DNA of 64,000 nt from Octopus sinensis (lineage: Eukaryota): positions 36,828,001 to 36,892,000 of the forward strand of contig NC_043013.1 of NCBI RefSeq assembly GCF_006345805.1, read 5' to 3'. The notes beneath the pieces are model-generated. The model searched no databases. It had not been told where the DNA came from and was given only the letters and a program-made list of their open reading frames with translations. Positions 13,731 to 26,150 of the stretch are shown here, piece by piece; position 1 is the first letter of the stretch, and each line of letters opens with the position of its first letter. Made by a program: the position numbers and the translations under genes.

Positions 13731-14028
13731 ATATACATACATACACACATGTGTGTGTATCAATATATATATATATATATAGATAGATGGATAGATAGAT
13801 AGATAGATATGCATATGTGTATGTTTGTATGAATATATGTGTGTGTATTTTTCTCCTGAAATGCTATGCATCTAGTCTCCTTTGTGTGTTATATATAGTA
13901 TTTGTTTTAGAGTAACTTTGTTGTATTTGCTATTGCATGTCCAGTTTCTATATGCTGGTAATTTTTCTTTACGCCTTTTGAGAGACTAGTTTGTAGATAG
14001 CTACAGTTTGATTTCTAGGGTCTGATTC

Positions 14029-14116
14029 AATGTGTGATGACCTACCTTCACTACTGACATACCTCAGAAACTATTTGATTACTGCATTTGGTGTTTGAAC
14101 AACATCTGATAACATT
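14029..14116 (+). ncRNA. Candidate intronic box C/D snoRNA (orphan guide)
   Basis: C box GTGATGA 14034-14040, D' CTGA 14054-14057, C'-like TGATTA 14076-14081, D CTGA 14106-14109, terminal AATGT/ACATT stem. Confidence 0.3.
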
Positions 14117-14599
14117 AGAAACTTAATCCCTGACTTTCAACCAAAAAGACACCATACCTAGACTCTGTGATTGGACTTGGACATTAAAATGTTAAGACAC
14201 TTTCTCATTCTACTAAAGCCTTAAGCCAACACCCTATTCGTTAAAGTTTTTCCCCCTGTGTTGTCCTGATAGATAGTTCATCGTAACTGCAATAGATACA
14301 CGTTTATATACATACATATGCACATACATACATATATATTTGTGTGTGTGTGTGTGTGTATATATGCACTCTATTTTTGTTTTGTAAATAAACATCATTT
14401 AAAAAGCAAAAATTTGCTTGAATATATTTATAGGTTTTTTTTTTCTTTTAATTTACATTAACTCTAAGTATTAGAGACAACTACACACGACGAACACATG
14501 AAGATATGGTATTCATGCAGTTCCATAGCAAATGAAGTTATTTCTTGCTATTTATTGACACAGCAGTTTATTTACTATAGATTTGAGTACCATACTCAA

Positions 14600-14730
14600 T
14601 GCATTGCAGTGTTTAGTGAGTTCAAATCCTGGCAAGGTTGGTTTACTAAAGTAATTATCTGAGAAATTTAGGGGTCAGTACAAACAACAGAATAGTTTGC
14701 TGCCTCAGCCTTGTGCCTATATGGAAAAAA
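14600..14730 (+). mobile_element. Degenerate SINE family A
   Basis: GAGTTCAAATCCTGGCAAGGTTGG ... GGGGTCAG ... GCCTTGTGCCTATA. Confidence 0.6.
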
Positions 14731-15419
14731 AGAAAAAAGAAAAATTTTAATAATTGTTGACGCTACTGTTATTAAGCATTATCAAACACTAATGATTGCT
14801 TTCCTTGTGTACTGTGCTTGAGTTATTCCTTCTTAAATAGTTGTTAATGTGTGTGTCTGTTTATGAAAGTGTGTGTGTGTGTAGATTTCCTATATGTGGA
14901 GTGAAATTAAGCTGCTAGTTTCGGATGTTTGATAAAGCAGACCAAACCATCATTTCAGATTCACTTGACTTGCTTCCCTTACTCTTTCTCCCTTTGTTTA
15001 TATTATTTTTTGATATTTAATTGTCTCTTCCTCTTTTATACTTTAATATTTGAAATGTGGTTGGGGAGTGATGTGTTTTAAAAAGTTTTTTAAAAAAAAT
15101 ACATCCCTTATAAATAAAAAGAAAGCAAAATAATATGAAATTGAGATATAAATAAATAAAATCTCAGAATTTTCCCTTACCTCCCTCGACCCCCTAATTT
15201 GACTCAGTTCATTTCGTCTCATCTCACCTCTTCTCATCTTGTTCATTCAAGGATGTAGAAATTTGCATAAACCGATTTTGAATTCTTTCTGCTATCATTT
15301 CCCTATCTTTCTTAAGCGATTATACATACATTTACACATGCACATACCCACAAAGTTAGTGTATTCATATGTTTGTGTACACATACACAACACGGATATG
15401 AATAAATATTTGAACTAAG

Positions 15420-16240
15420 AAAGAATAATAATAACAACATCAGCAACAACATCAATAAAATATTAAATTAAAACTGATTGAAAATGCATTAAAAATAGAT
15501 TTAGAAGGAAAGACTTGTGTAGGTATTTGCCCTTTCCATAGAATTTGTTAAAGAAATTAAGAAAAACAACAGTAGCAGTTGTAGTAGAGATCTATTTTTG
15601 TACTTCTTTCTCAAAGTTCTTCAGGCAATAAAAGATTTGTTAATTCTGTTTCACTTCTTCCATTACTACATTTACCACACATAATAATAATGATGATGAT
15701 GATAATAATAATAAAGTCACCACCCTCATCATGTCTGCTATTGCGACATCTATAGTCACAAACATGACCATAACTACCACTAGTTGCCAAAACAGCCCCT
15801 CACAAACCTATGGCCATCACAACTACACACCACCATGTTACATGTTCCACTGATGTTGCCACCAGCTAACACCAAACATTATTCTCGCAATCAATATACC
15901 AACAAAACAACGACTACCACCACCACCACCATAACTACTACTCCTAGTACAGCTTCATCCTTCCATTATCTTCACTACTGGTGCTACTACTACTACTACT
16001 ACTACTAATAATAATAGTAATAATAATGACTCTAACACCACCAGTGCATTTGAAACCACAACTGCTAAAACTAGCACCTCTACAACAATTATCACCATTA
16101 CAACTAATACTATCTGCACCTCTGTCAATTCTACCACTAACTGCCATCATTACTGCTACCATCACTACAAATAAAACAACAATCACAGCCACTATCATCA
16201 TCATCATCCTCTTAAGGACTGTGGCAAAATATTTCAATTA
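15420..16240. repeat. Patchwork of degenerate trinucleotide repeats (AAT, ACT, ACC, ATC)
   Basis: Direct sequence; explains the poly-T/Y/L/I ORFs in the track. Confidence 0.85.
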
Positions 16241-16508
16241 GTGCACACACATACACACACACACACTATCCATCTTTACTCCCCAAGATTCAAAAAACAG
16301 CTTCCTCCCTTTACCTCCACCTCCCATCCTCACTATTTTTGTTCTCATTCCATAATTTGTCTGTTAGTAATTCTTATTTTCCACCCTAAGCCATTCCTTT
16401 GCCTAAAATAACCTAAAAGAAAAAAAAAACTGCCCCACTCTAAAAGCAACAATATAAAATATCTTAACAGTCCACGTTTGATAACAACTATTTTTGTGAG
16501 TCTGTGTA

Positions 16509-16542
<34 letters not shown>

Positions 16543-16829
16543 TGCATGCACGCACATATATGTGTGTGTGTGTGCATGTGTGTGTATATTTTGGCAATTT
16601 ATAATTTGTTGTGTATGAAACGGATACTTTTCTGTTCTGCCTTTATTGTTGGTTTTTTTTTCCAAATAAATGCTTTTTCTTGTGATAGGTTGTTTTCTTT
16701 ATCATATACTCATATACACAACACATACATACATACATACATATTCTCTCTTTCTCTCATTCTCACACATGTGCACACACACACACAGTGGAGGAGCGAA
16801 GGCTTTCGCATTGCTGAAATAAAGTACTC

Positions 16830-18095
16830 TGGACTTTAGGAGTAGATTTAACAATATAGATTTACTTCTAGCTGTTTCTCTAAGAACAACTTGTTCAACC
16901 TTGCTCCATAACATAGTTCTCTTTTTTTTTTTTTTTTTGGAACAGTGGATCTCAAAGCACATGAAACAATAAAAACATGTAAATCCTGGGTTTAAAAACC
17001 CTTTGGAACTAAGAAAATCAGAAGCTCTTTATTAAATTCAGCCTGTTACTAATTCACACTTACAGCCTCTTTGTAAATAGCTTGTTTGGCTCAGACAATC
17101 CATTCATATACCTTTTCTTTGTGACTTCTTAACTATAGAGTATGGTACTGTATCAAAGCTCTTCTCCAGGTTGACAAATGCTAGATATAATGGCTTGTTG
17201 TTTGCTAACACATTTTCTTAGACAGTTGCTTCACTTCAGAAAGAACATCAGTAGTATCTTTTTCAAGCCCAGAACCCAAGTCAATATCATTTAAGCTAAA
17301 TCTTTTTCTAATCCATTTTGCTCAAACTCTTCCTGTTACATTAATAGCTTGGTTCATTGATTTAATATCACTAGTTGCTTCTTTATAGAGTATTTCCTTT
17401 GTCTTTGAAGCAACAGATGGTCATACTTCTACGCTACTCTTTGGGTATGACGTTTTGTGCTAAATGAACATTTGTGTTCTCAATTTTACTGGTTATTTTC
17501 AGTATCTCACTGCTTTCCCAGATGGTCCACCTGATTTCCTTTAATTGCAGTTTTCAACAGCTCTTTTTTGGTGGGGGTCTACATGGACTAATCTCCTTTC
17601 CAAGTAACATTTCAGATTTTTTTATATTTTTCTCACTATCTGGGAAGGCAAGGGGGCTGCTGCCATGCTCCCCTGCCTTTATTTACACTTTGTAGTCAGC
17701 ATACCTTACAACATTGATCCTTAGTTGCAAAACTTCAGCAAACCTTTTACCTTCAATTTCTCCCTTACTGTGAATACTTGAAATATAGGTTCTCTTTTGG
17801 CTACAAGATATTGTATGTTTGGGTTTCTTTCGCCCAGTCTTTACAAGCTTGTCTTTTAACTGTTATAGTTCCACCTTTGCAATCTTACTCTATCTACATA
17901 TCTGGTCTATGATTTACGACAGGTTGTCATCATCTATAAATTCTTAGTTATCCTCTATGTTGTACATCTCTGTCCTCTTTCCTTCTCTTATGTGTCGACT
18001 AATAAGTCTTCCATGCTACATCTGACTGAAGGATCTTCCAGCTTCCACATCTTCCTTCTTTAGATTGCCTTCTTTCTAAGTCCATCTATTGCAAA
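16830..18095 (-). mobile_element. Decayed RTE-clade LINE, reverse transcriptase region
   Basis: Minus strand 17196-17143 translates KPLYLAFVNLEKSFDTVP (RT motif, cf. xDLEKAFDRVP); upstream RRKMWKLED; downstream QGSVLSP-like remnant; many stops and frameshifts. Confidence 0.85.
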
Positions 18096-18346
18096 AACTA
18101 GTGTGTATGTATATATATATATATATATATATATGAGCATAGAGACACACACACAAAAATTAACTACTAAAGAGGATAGTTGAAAAGAGATCATAAAAAA
18201 GAATTAGATCAATTTTGCCATTAGCATTGTCAGTTTAGTGAAGCAATTTAGTTACTTCCATTAGAATATTCATATCTATAAAGAACACTGCTCGCTGCCT
18301 AATACTGGGTAAATAGCAGAATTACTATTCTCTCTACTTTCCTATA

Positions 18347-18390
<44 letters not shown>

Positions 18391-18780
18391 TGCTATGTGG
18401 CAGGATACACTTTGGTTAGATCTGCTCTGCAATAGACTTTAATCTCTATTTTACTCTTCACATTGTTGTATATCTTTTTGTTCTCTGGCTGTTATCTATC
18501 TCTGTATATCTTACCATCAGTCTCTGTGCCACTGACATTGCTATTATTAAATACAGAAATAAGAGATTATCATCAATATTATTATTATTGTTATTAACTA
18601 AGAGTTGTGGAACTAGCTTCGTTTTGGTGAGTACTAAACTAAACCTATCATAGTATTTTAGTAGGGCTCTGAAGTTTTGACTACATTGGTGATGGTGGTG
18701 GTGGTAGTGGTAACAGTGGGAGTCTGCTGTGTAAGACAACAGAGTTTACTAATTTTAAAGAACTCAGACAGATAAAATAT

Positions 18781-18987
18781 TGGTTTCGAGTTTTGGCACA
18801 AGGCCAGCAATTTTGAAGGAGCGGTAAGCCAATTACATCAGCACCAGTACAAAACTGGTTCTAATTTATTGACCCTGAAAGGATGAAAGCAAAGTCAACT
18901 TCAGTGGGATTTGAACCCAGCACTCAAAAAATGATTAAATGCCACTAAGCATTTTGCCTGGTGTGCTAACACTTCTGCCAGTTCACT
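18781..18987 (-). mobile_element. Full-length SINE family A with CpG decay
   Basis: TTTTGGCACAAGGCC ... ATTGACCCTGAAAGGATGAAAGCAAAGTCAAC ... GGATTTGAACCC ... CTAACACTTCTGCCAG. Confidence 0.85.
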
Positions 18988-20999
18988 GTTTTCCAGACAG
19001 ATGAAATATTAAGATATTATAATTGTGGTTTAAGATACTGTAATTGTGGTTTAATTTGACTAGATGCACTCCTTGCTTTGTGATAAAACAAAAGACTAAT
19101 ATTTGTTCATTTTGATTCTTTATATACCTTGTTCTTACTATTGGAGACAGTTTTGTATATATATATATAGAAAGAGAGAGAGCTAGATATGTATATGTGG
19201 ATATTGGCGATCTTCAATGAAAGTGGTCAGCTTTTGAGGTTTTCCAAATTAGTAGGTTTTGTCCTTTATCTGATCGCACTATCCACATTTAACCACTGCA
19301 AAGCAAAAGCATCTATTTTTGCAACATAACCACTGCAAACCATTTCTCATCCCTGATTAGAATAGTTAGTGAATTTGTTACCTCTATGTAGGCTTAGAAA
19401 TAGGTTTCATGGTTGATGAACCAAATATTACATTGGTTGGGTAGATGTTTGTGTAATCAATTAAAGGCTTTGGGCACCTGTTGATTTTATGTATGCATGT
19501 ATGTGTATGTATGTATGGCATACATATTGCAATGTTGTTGGTAGGAAGGGGATCTACCTATCTCTTTAACTAAGCACAAGGCTTTATATATATACACATA
19601 TATATATATTTAATTTAAAGTAAAATGATATTAACTGTATATTCCTGCAACCATTACATGATTTCTGTAAATGTGAAATATAGCTATAGGAGATATATGC
19701 ACTATATTTTCTAGTTTGGCAGTAGTAGCTCTTTTCTGAGTTCAAATTTGACTGAGGGACACGTAGCATTTCATCTGCTTGTAGTCAAAATACTTATTTG
19801 TATCACAATGTTTATTTCATTGAATATTCTGCCAAATGTGAGGTCTTGTGCAAGTGTGAAATATCATTATTAATAAACAGATTATTTTGATTGTTATTAT
19901 TTACTCTGAAATTGGAGAAAGCTAAAAATGATAGATTACTAGATACATAATATTTTGGGATATATAGTTACACCTTTACGTTCAAATCCCACCAGAGTTA
20001 ATTTGCCCATTATTCCTTTGGGCTTTGATACAACAAACAGCAATTGAATACTGGAATTGAATCAACCACACTTCTCACATTCCAATTTGTGGTCTTCAAA
20101 AACTTCAAAAATCCTTATTAATTTATGATTTTAATTTCAATCTAGTGTTTTAAATTCACTGTTTCCTCGCTATCTAAAGGAAATTCTATCCATCCCCTTT
20201 ATGCTTGATCCCTTGTTCATGAAATTTGGCAGATGTAAACTACAGTAGCACATCGTGCGTGTATGTATGAAGCCCATATCAATCATAAACCACTATAAGT
20301 GAAGCCTCAAACAACCCAAATGGGAATCTAACCAATTGATTGACAACCAAATGAGGAGTAAAGCTTTCCAGGAAAATGCAGAGTATCATTTCTCCTTTCT
20401 TATTTACACTTATGTGTACACATACCCTCACACTATATCTGTGGATGTAAAGCAATACTCATTTCCTACCAATGGAAAAAATGATTTCAAATGTATTTCC
20501 ATACTAGCAAATTCTAGGTATCACTCTAATCTGATTCATTTTGCCTAAAATAACAAATCTCTCAACACTCTATTCTTTTTTCCACTCACACAAGCACAAA
20601 CCTGTGAGCATTACCAGAAACATCCTCCTGACAAAAATATGTTAAGTGTAAAGAACGTGTTAACTTGATATCTATCTCTAGGTCTAATATTCAAAGTTGG
20701 GAATAAGTTCTTGGAGAATGTGCTGTGTGTTATGCATATGTATATATGTATAATTTTCACACACACACACACACACACACATGCATACATATATATGTGT
20801 GTGTGGCTATATATATGCATACATGCAACTGCAAACAATTGTACTTTTTACATTCAGTGTCTATCTATTTTCTGCTAAAAGTAAACTATATAATTTAAAA
20901 TGTAACATTTTTATGAAGAAAACTCATACTCAGGTAAATAAGACTCTGCAACCTTCACACATCTGAGAGACTCCAAATCTTTTTTGCCTATGCATCCAT

Positions 21000-21548
21000 T
21001 CTTTGCTAGCACCCAATATGAATCTCTTCTTACCAAGATGAAATTTGTTTGAATTTTAGATATTTCTATGCCATTTGCATGTCCGAATAGGTAATTCAAA
21101 GTTATAGTTCTTCTGACCTACAATGATACTAGTTTAATCACCAGAACCCTGAGCCCAGTCTTAACAAATACTCACATAAAATATCATCTTGCAAACACCT
21201 TTCATATGACTTTTAGACAATTTAGACCCATTCGGTGTACAAATAGATAAAATTACACAATAATCTCATAAACCTTATTGTATAAAAAGTTCAAAACTTC
21301 ACACATTGAGGACAACTTCTGCTTCTTACTCCAGCTTCACATTTTTCTTTCCTTCACTCGTATAAAGTTAATAAAATTCTCTTCTCATCCAAATTAAGCC
21401 TATCATTCCTTTTGTTTCTTCCTCTGTAAGAACATGTGCAAATGTGTCTCTATTTGCGATTCTTCTAACTTGCAATCTTTCAGTTATTAATGTATAATCC
21501 TAACACTTAATTCGTATTGTACACATTTATACATGTCCTTTCACCTAC

Positions 21549-21586
<38 letters not shown>

Positions 21587-22420
21587 CTAAACTGTTTGTG
21601 TGTGTGTGCTTGTGATTTTTAGAATACATTTTTGGAGATTTGCATTTCTATAGCATTATGTAATATTCATCATATTTCTTTCATGTATATTTCTGCTGCT
21701 TCTTATAGTTTGCAGATGTACTCTTAAGGGTTTCTATTCAATGCTCAAATTTGTTACCCTATTTTAATTGTTTTCATTACATGATTACATATTGTCCTAT
21801 CTTAATGCACTTCCACTTAAATGGGCCTTCTGTTTTCCAGTCTCTTATTTCTTTTGTATTTTTATGTTCTTACCCATCTTAGTTATGTCCCTTTTTGTCT
21901 AAGTTCCCAGCACTCTGATAGTTCACATATCAAGACTAAAGTGCATTTTTCACTCTTTTCTACTCTTTTTCAACTTCATCACATTTAATGAATATTTATG
22001 TTTTTCTTAGACTCTGTTGTAATATCCTCAATTTAACGAGTTCTGTTATATACCCATTTAACCTAATTTGCCCTCTTCGCAAACTATTATTATTTTCACA
22101 GTTATAGTTTCCTTCTCAGCTCCAGTTTATATATTGCTATTCTTTATGATTATTTTTCCTAATCTGTCTTTACTTATACAACAGATACGATAACTTTAAC
22201 GATTCCTTTGATGTCTACTGTAGCCTAACTCATTTCATATAATTTCACAACTTTTCATTCAACGAAATTTCATAATCTTCTAATTCATCTCTAACTTTTA
22301 CTGTTTAACACTCCATAATTTACCATTGGTCTAAAATTTAACCCGAAGTTCTTGGAATTTGTTAATAACTTAGCAGATTAAACATTCCTATTAGTTATTT
22401 CCCACATATTTATATATGCT
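21000..22420 (-). mobile_element. Very old non-LTR (L1/Tx1-like?) remnant
   Basis: A-rich minus strand with YKYVG, ETHLHMF and IWMRRE-like remnants in the order expected for the L1-type C-terminus; interrupted by microsatellite. Confidence 0.3.
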
Positions 22421-25298
22421 CAAGACGATTTAAAAAAAAATTTTATGATGTGATGGTAGCATTTGAAGGGTTGTAGGATGTTGTTTCTTGTAGGTTGAAC
22501 AATTATGTAGGTTTTCCTTACTTGCATTGACTCTGTGGGTGAGTCTGACCTGGCTGAGACTAAATTCAGAAATGAACCTTTTTGTAGTCTTAGTCATTAC
22601 TGCTACCTTCAGAATAATAAATTTTTAACAGTAATAAAAGGCCTCAGAGTTGTTAGAAAGATGTGGTTGATTAAATCTGCATCAGTCCTTGCCTGATACT
22701 TATTTATGAAACTCTCGGAGCATTGAGAAACAAATCTGACCTTGGTGGAATTCAAACGCAAAATGCAAAAAAGGGAAGCAACTAAGTTTTGCAAAGTATT
22801 TTGTCCCCCACTCAAACAATTCTCCCATCTAGCATAAGATAATGTTTATTTTCCTTTTATAGTTGTAGTTGTTATTAGTCAGCAACAACAGTAAATAACT
22901 GGAATAAAGTAAGCATGTTTTCGTCAATTGTGGATTTGTTTCGTTACCTGCAGCAAGTCTTTCCAAGTTCTAAACTATAAAATATTCTTTAGTTAATGGT
23001 CTATAGAGATGGAAATATTAAGACTCAAAAAAGTGGCTATTCTTAATAATTTTTTTACAAGGGATTATGTTCCAATTCTGATGCAAAATTATTGAGCTTA
23101 TTTCTCTTAAATGCCTTTATCCTGAAGTCTCCCCCACTATAGGTTATTTTTTTTCCTCTTTTTCTTTCACTTTATAGCTATTACTACAGCTAATTTTTTA
23201 AAACCATTTCGGCTAATTTTTATTATTTAAATTTCTTATACATTTCTTGCTAAGTTATTCCTTTCTCTTTTCTAGATTTCTTTCATTTTTTTTTTTACTT
23301 TATTTCTTTCATTTCATTTTGTTCTTTTTATCTTTTCAAATATGATTTAACTTAGTTCATTCTTTTGTTTTATTATTTTATTTCCCTTTCTTCTCTTCTC
23401 CATCCTTAATTTTGTTTTTTTCTTCCATCTTCCTACATCTGATCATTATTAAGAATTTTGTTGTTACTTCCTTGTTTTTATTTTCTAGTATTAATATTAT
23501 CCCTGTTATTAATATCATCATCATCATCATCGTGATTATTATTATTATTATTATTATTATTGCTTGATAACTTTTTGCGTTCTGCAACATACTTGTCTTC
23601 TTGTTCGCCTTACCATACAAACTCTGTTTCCTGCTCCTTCCTCATTTGCCAAAATTACATTTTAAAACATGAAAGTTTGCACTTTTATGTGTGCAATGCA
23701 AGTCTCTCTCTCTATAGTTATTATTATTATTTTCTCCATTGATTCTTCTTTTCTTTTTCTTTCTTCTTGTAATCTTATTTCCACTTCTATTATCATCATC
23801 ATCATCATCATCATCATATGTTTGTTGCTTGTTCAGTAACCACCCACCCTGCTTCTCAGAGTTGCTTACCATTTTCCAGTGGCATCAAGCATTTCAATAA
23901 ACCCCCCCCTCCTCCTCCTCCTCCTCCCCAACCACCACACTACTTATAACTTCTCTGCAAAAACATATGAAAAATAAAAAATAAAAAACACAAACCCTAA
24001 ATAGGATAAAATTTAATACAAAAAAAAAAAAATGTTAAAACAAGACTAAGCCAAAAAACATAATTCTATAAATTGTTAGTTACTCCTCCCACAATCCACC
24101 TTTAATTTCTTGGGGGAGAATGTATTTGTGTTTTTGTGTGTGTGTGTTTTTTCTTGCTTTTTTTTGTTTTTGCTCTTTTACTCTTTCTCTCTTCAAATAT
24201 CTATGTAAAAAAAAAAAAAAAAATCAATAACTGAATGAATGAATGAATGGATGGAGAAATTAAGAAAGAAATTGTTAAAGTTTCTTTCAGAATTTTCATC
24301 TCATTCGATTAGAGATTTTATTTATTTAATTTCTGAGTTCATGTTTTTTTTTCTTTTCTTTTTTGCAATTTCTTGCTTTTTTTTTTTTATTATTTTCTTT
24401 TTTAATCTCAATTCCACTAATGGAATGTACTTGTGGCTAGAATCATTCTTGGATACATAGACAGATATATTTGTAGGCTTTGTGAAAAGTTGGTGTCTAT
24501 CTGTGAGTGTGTGAGTGTGTGTATGTGAGTGTGATGTGTGTGCAGACATGCACAATTCAGTGTGTGTGTGTGTGTGTACATATATATATATATATACACG
24601 TATGTATGTATGTATGTATGTATATATGAGCACAACACACTTACAAACATGCAGTGACTGTTCTACAAATTTAGATTCGCATAGAATTTATTTATTATTT
24701 TTCTTTTTTTTGAGCCGGTGGAATTAGCAAACTAGATTTTTCACATTCAATATTATCATTTTCACATAACTCAAACACATACATACTAGCATATATTTAT
24801 ATGTTGAGCAGGACTCTGACATGCATGCTCACATGCGCATGCACAGATATTATATATATATATGTATACACCCATGCCATGGAAAGCAGACATTAAATGA
24901 TGATGATGATGATGTGTGTGTGTGTGTGTGTGTGTATACTGTTAAACACAAGCTTGCAAGCATGCACACACTCACACACAAACAGGTATTAAACTAATGC
25001 TTTTTTAACTGATGGTAACAAAATTTTCTTTTTAAATGGTTCGGCACAAACCTATTTTTTCAGAGAGGTGCAAATGTATTTCTTGTACTGTCTCCCAAAG
25101 GAATAAACGGCAAAGACTACTTAAAGATGTTGAATACATGCATACATGTATGTATGTGTATACAAGAATTTACACATATTTGTATAAATGTATTTTCCAC
25201 TATATATACAGACACATATATAAATGTATTTGTACTTATCTATACATGCGCACATACACACACAACACACACTCATATTTATCTATACAGATATATCC

Positions 25299-25342
<44 letters not shown>

Positions 25343-26059
25343 CTGTGTGTATGCATGTGCATGCATATGTTTATAAAGGTCCCTTGAATTCTACAAATTC
25401 AAGGGACCATTTTTCAAAGGCCTTTGTGAGAGGTGTATTAATTAAACCTTCTACTGGAAGTACCTGCTCTAGCTTACATTGTCTATAGACACACTCCTGC
25501 TGCTTTACTTGATTTTCACAACTGCAATATCAGCATCACCATCTGTCATGTGTCGAATTAATACAGTTTAGTTTGCTGGTAAAATATCGGAGTGTGATGA
25601 GATGACTAATTAGTTCAACCTGAATTGCTTTTTTTGGTAGTGGTGGTGTTGTGGTTGTAAGGATGGTGATATTTTGACACAGGTATCATTGGGGATGAAG
25701 CTGATGCTTTTTGTGTGTCTGTGATTTTAGTTAAGTTTTAGATATTTATAGTAAGGCACCTCTACCATAATCAGTATATCATTCTTCTATAGATTTTGCT
25801 TTTTAGATGTATATATTTTACTTGTTAATTACACATACAATTTCATTGATAAAGTGGCTGTAATAATTTGTTTTCAAGTACTAAATATTTTAGACTATTA
25901 AATATAAAGCTAAATGAAATATTGCTAGTTCACTCTCCTGTTCAGTGGTGTGTGCATGTGTAATATACTGAGTATACAGTTTGTTGATGTTTACGTCCAC
26001 TGCCAACCCTGATTCAACTAGCATATAATCAAAGATATTCTTGATGTGATGAAACTGTT

Positions 26060-26150
26060 GTGATAAGACTAAGCAAGATAACATTATCCAATGTGCCTTT
26101 TCCATCTTTTTAAAGACTGTAAGGTGATTTGGTTGCTTTTTCTAGCAAGC
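26060..26150 (+). mobile_element. SINE family C 3' portion; related fragments at ~1410, 27560-27720, 31640-31700, 32170-32235, 37130-37260, 48080-48135, 50010-50120
   Basis: Shared ACATTATCCAATGTG...TTTAAGAC...GATTTGGTTGCT(A)TTTCTAG motif in either orientation. Confidence 0.6.
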
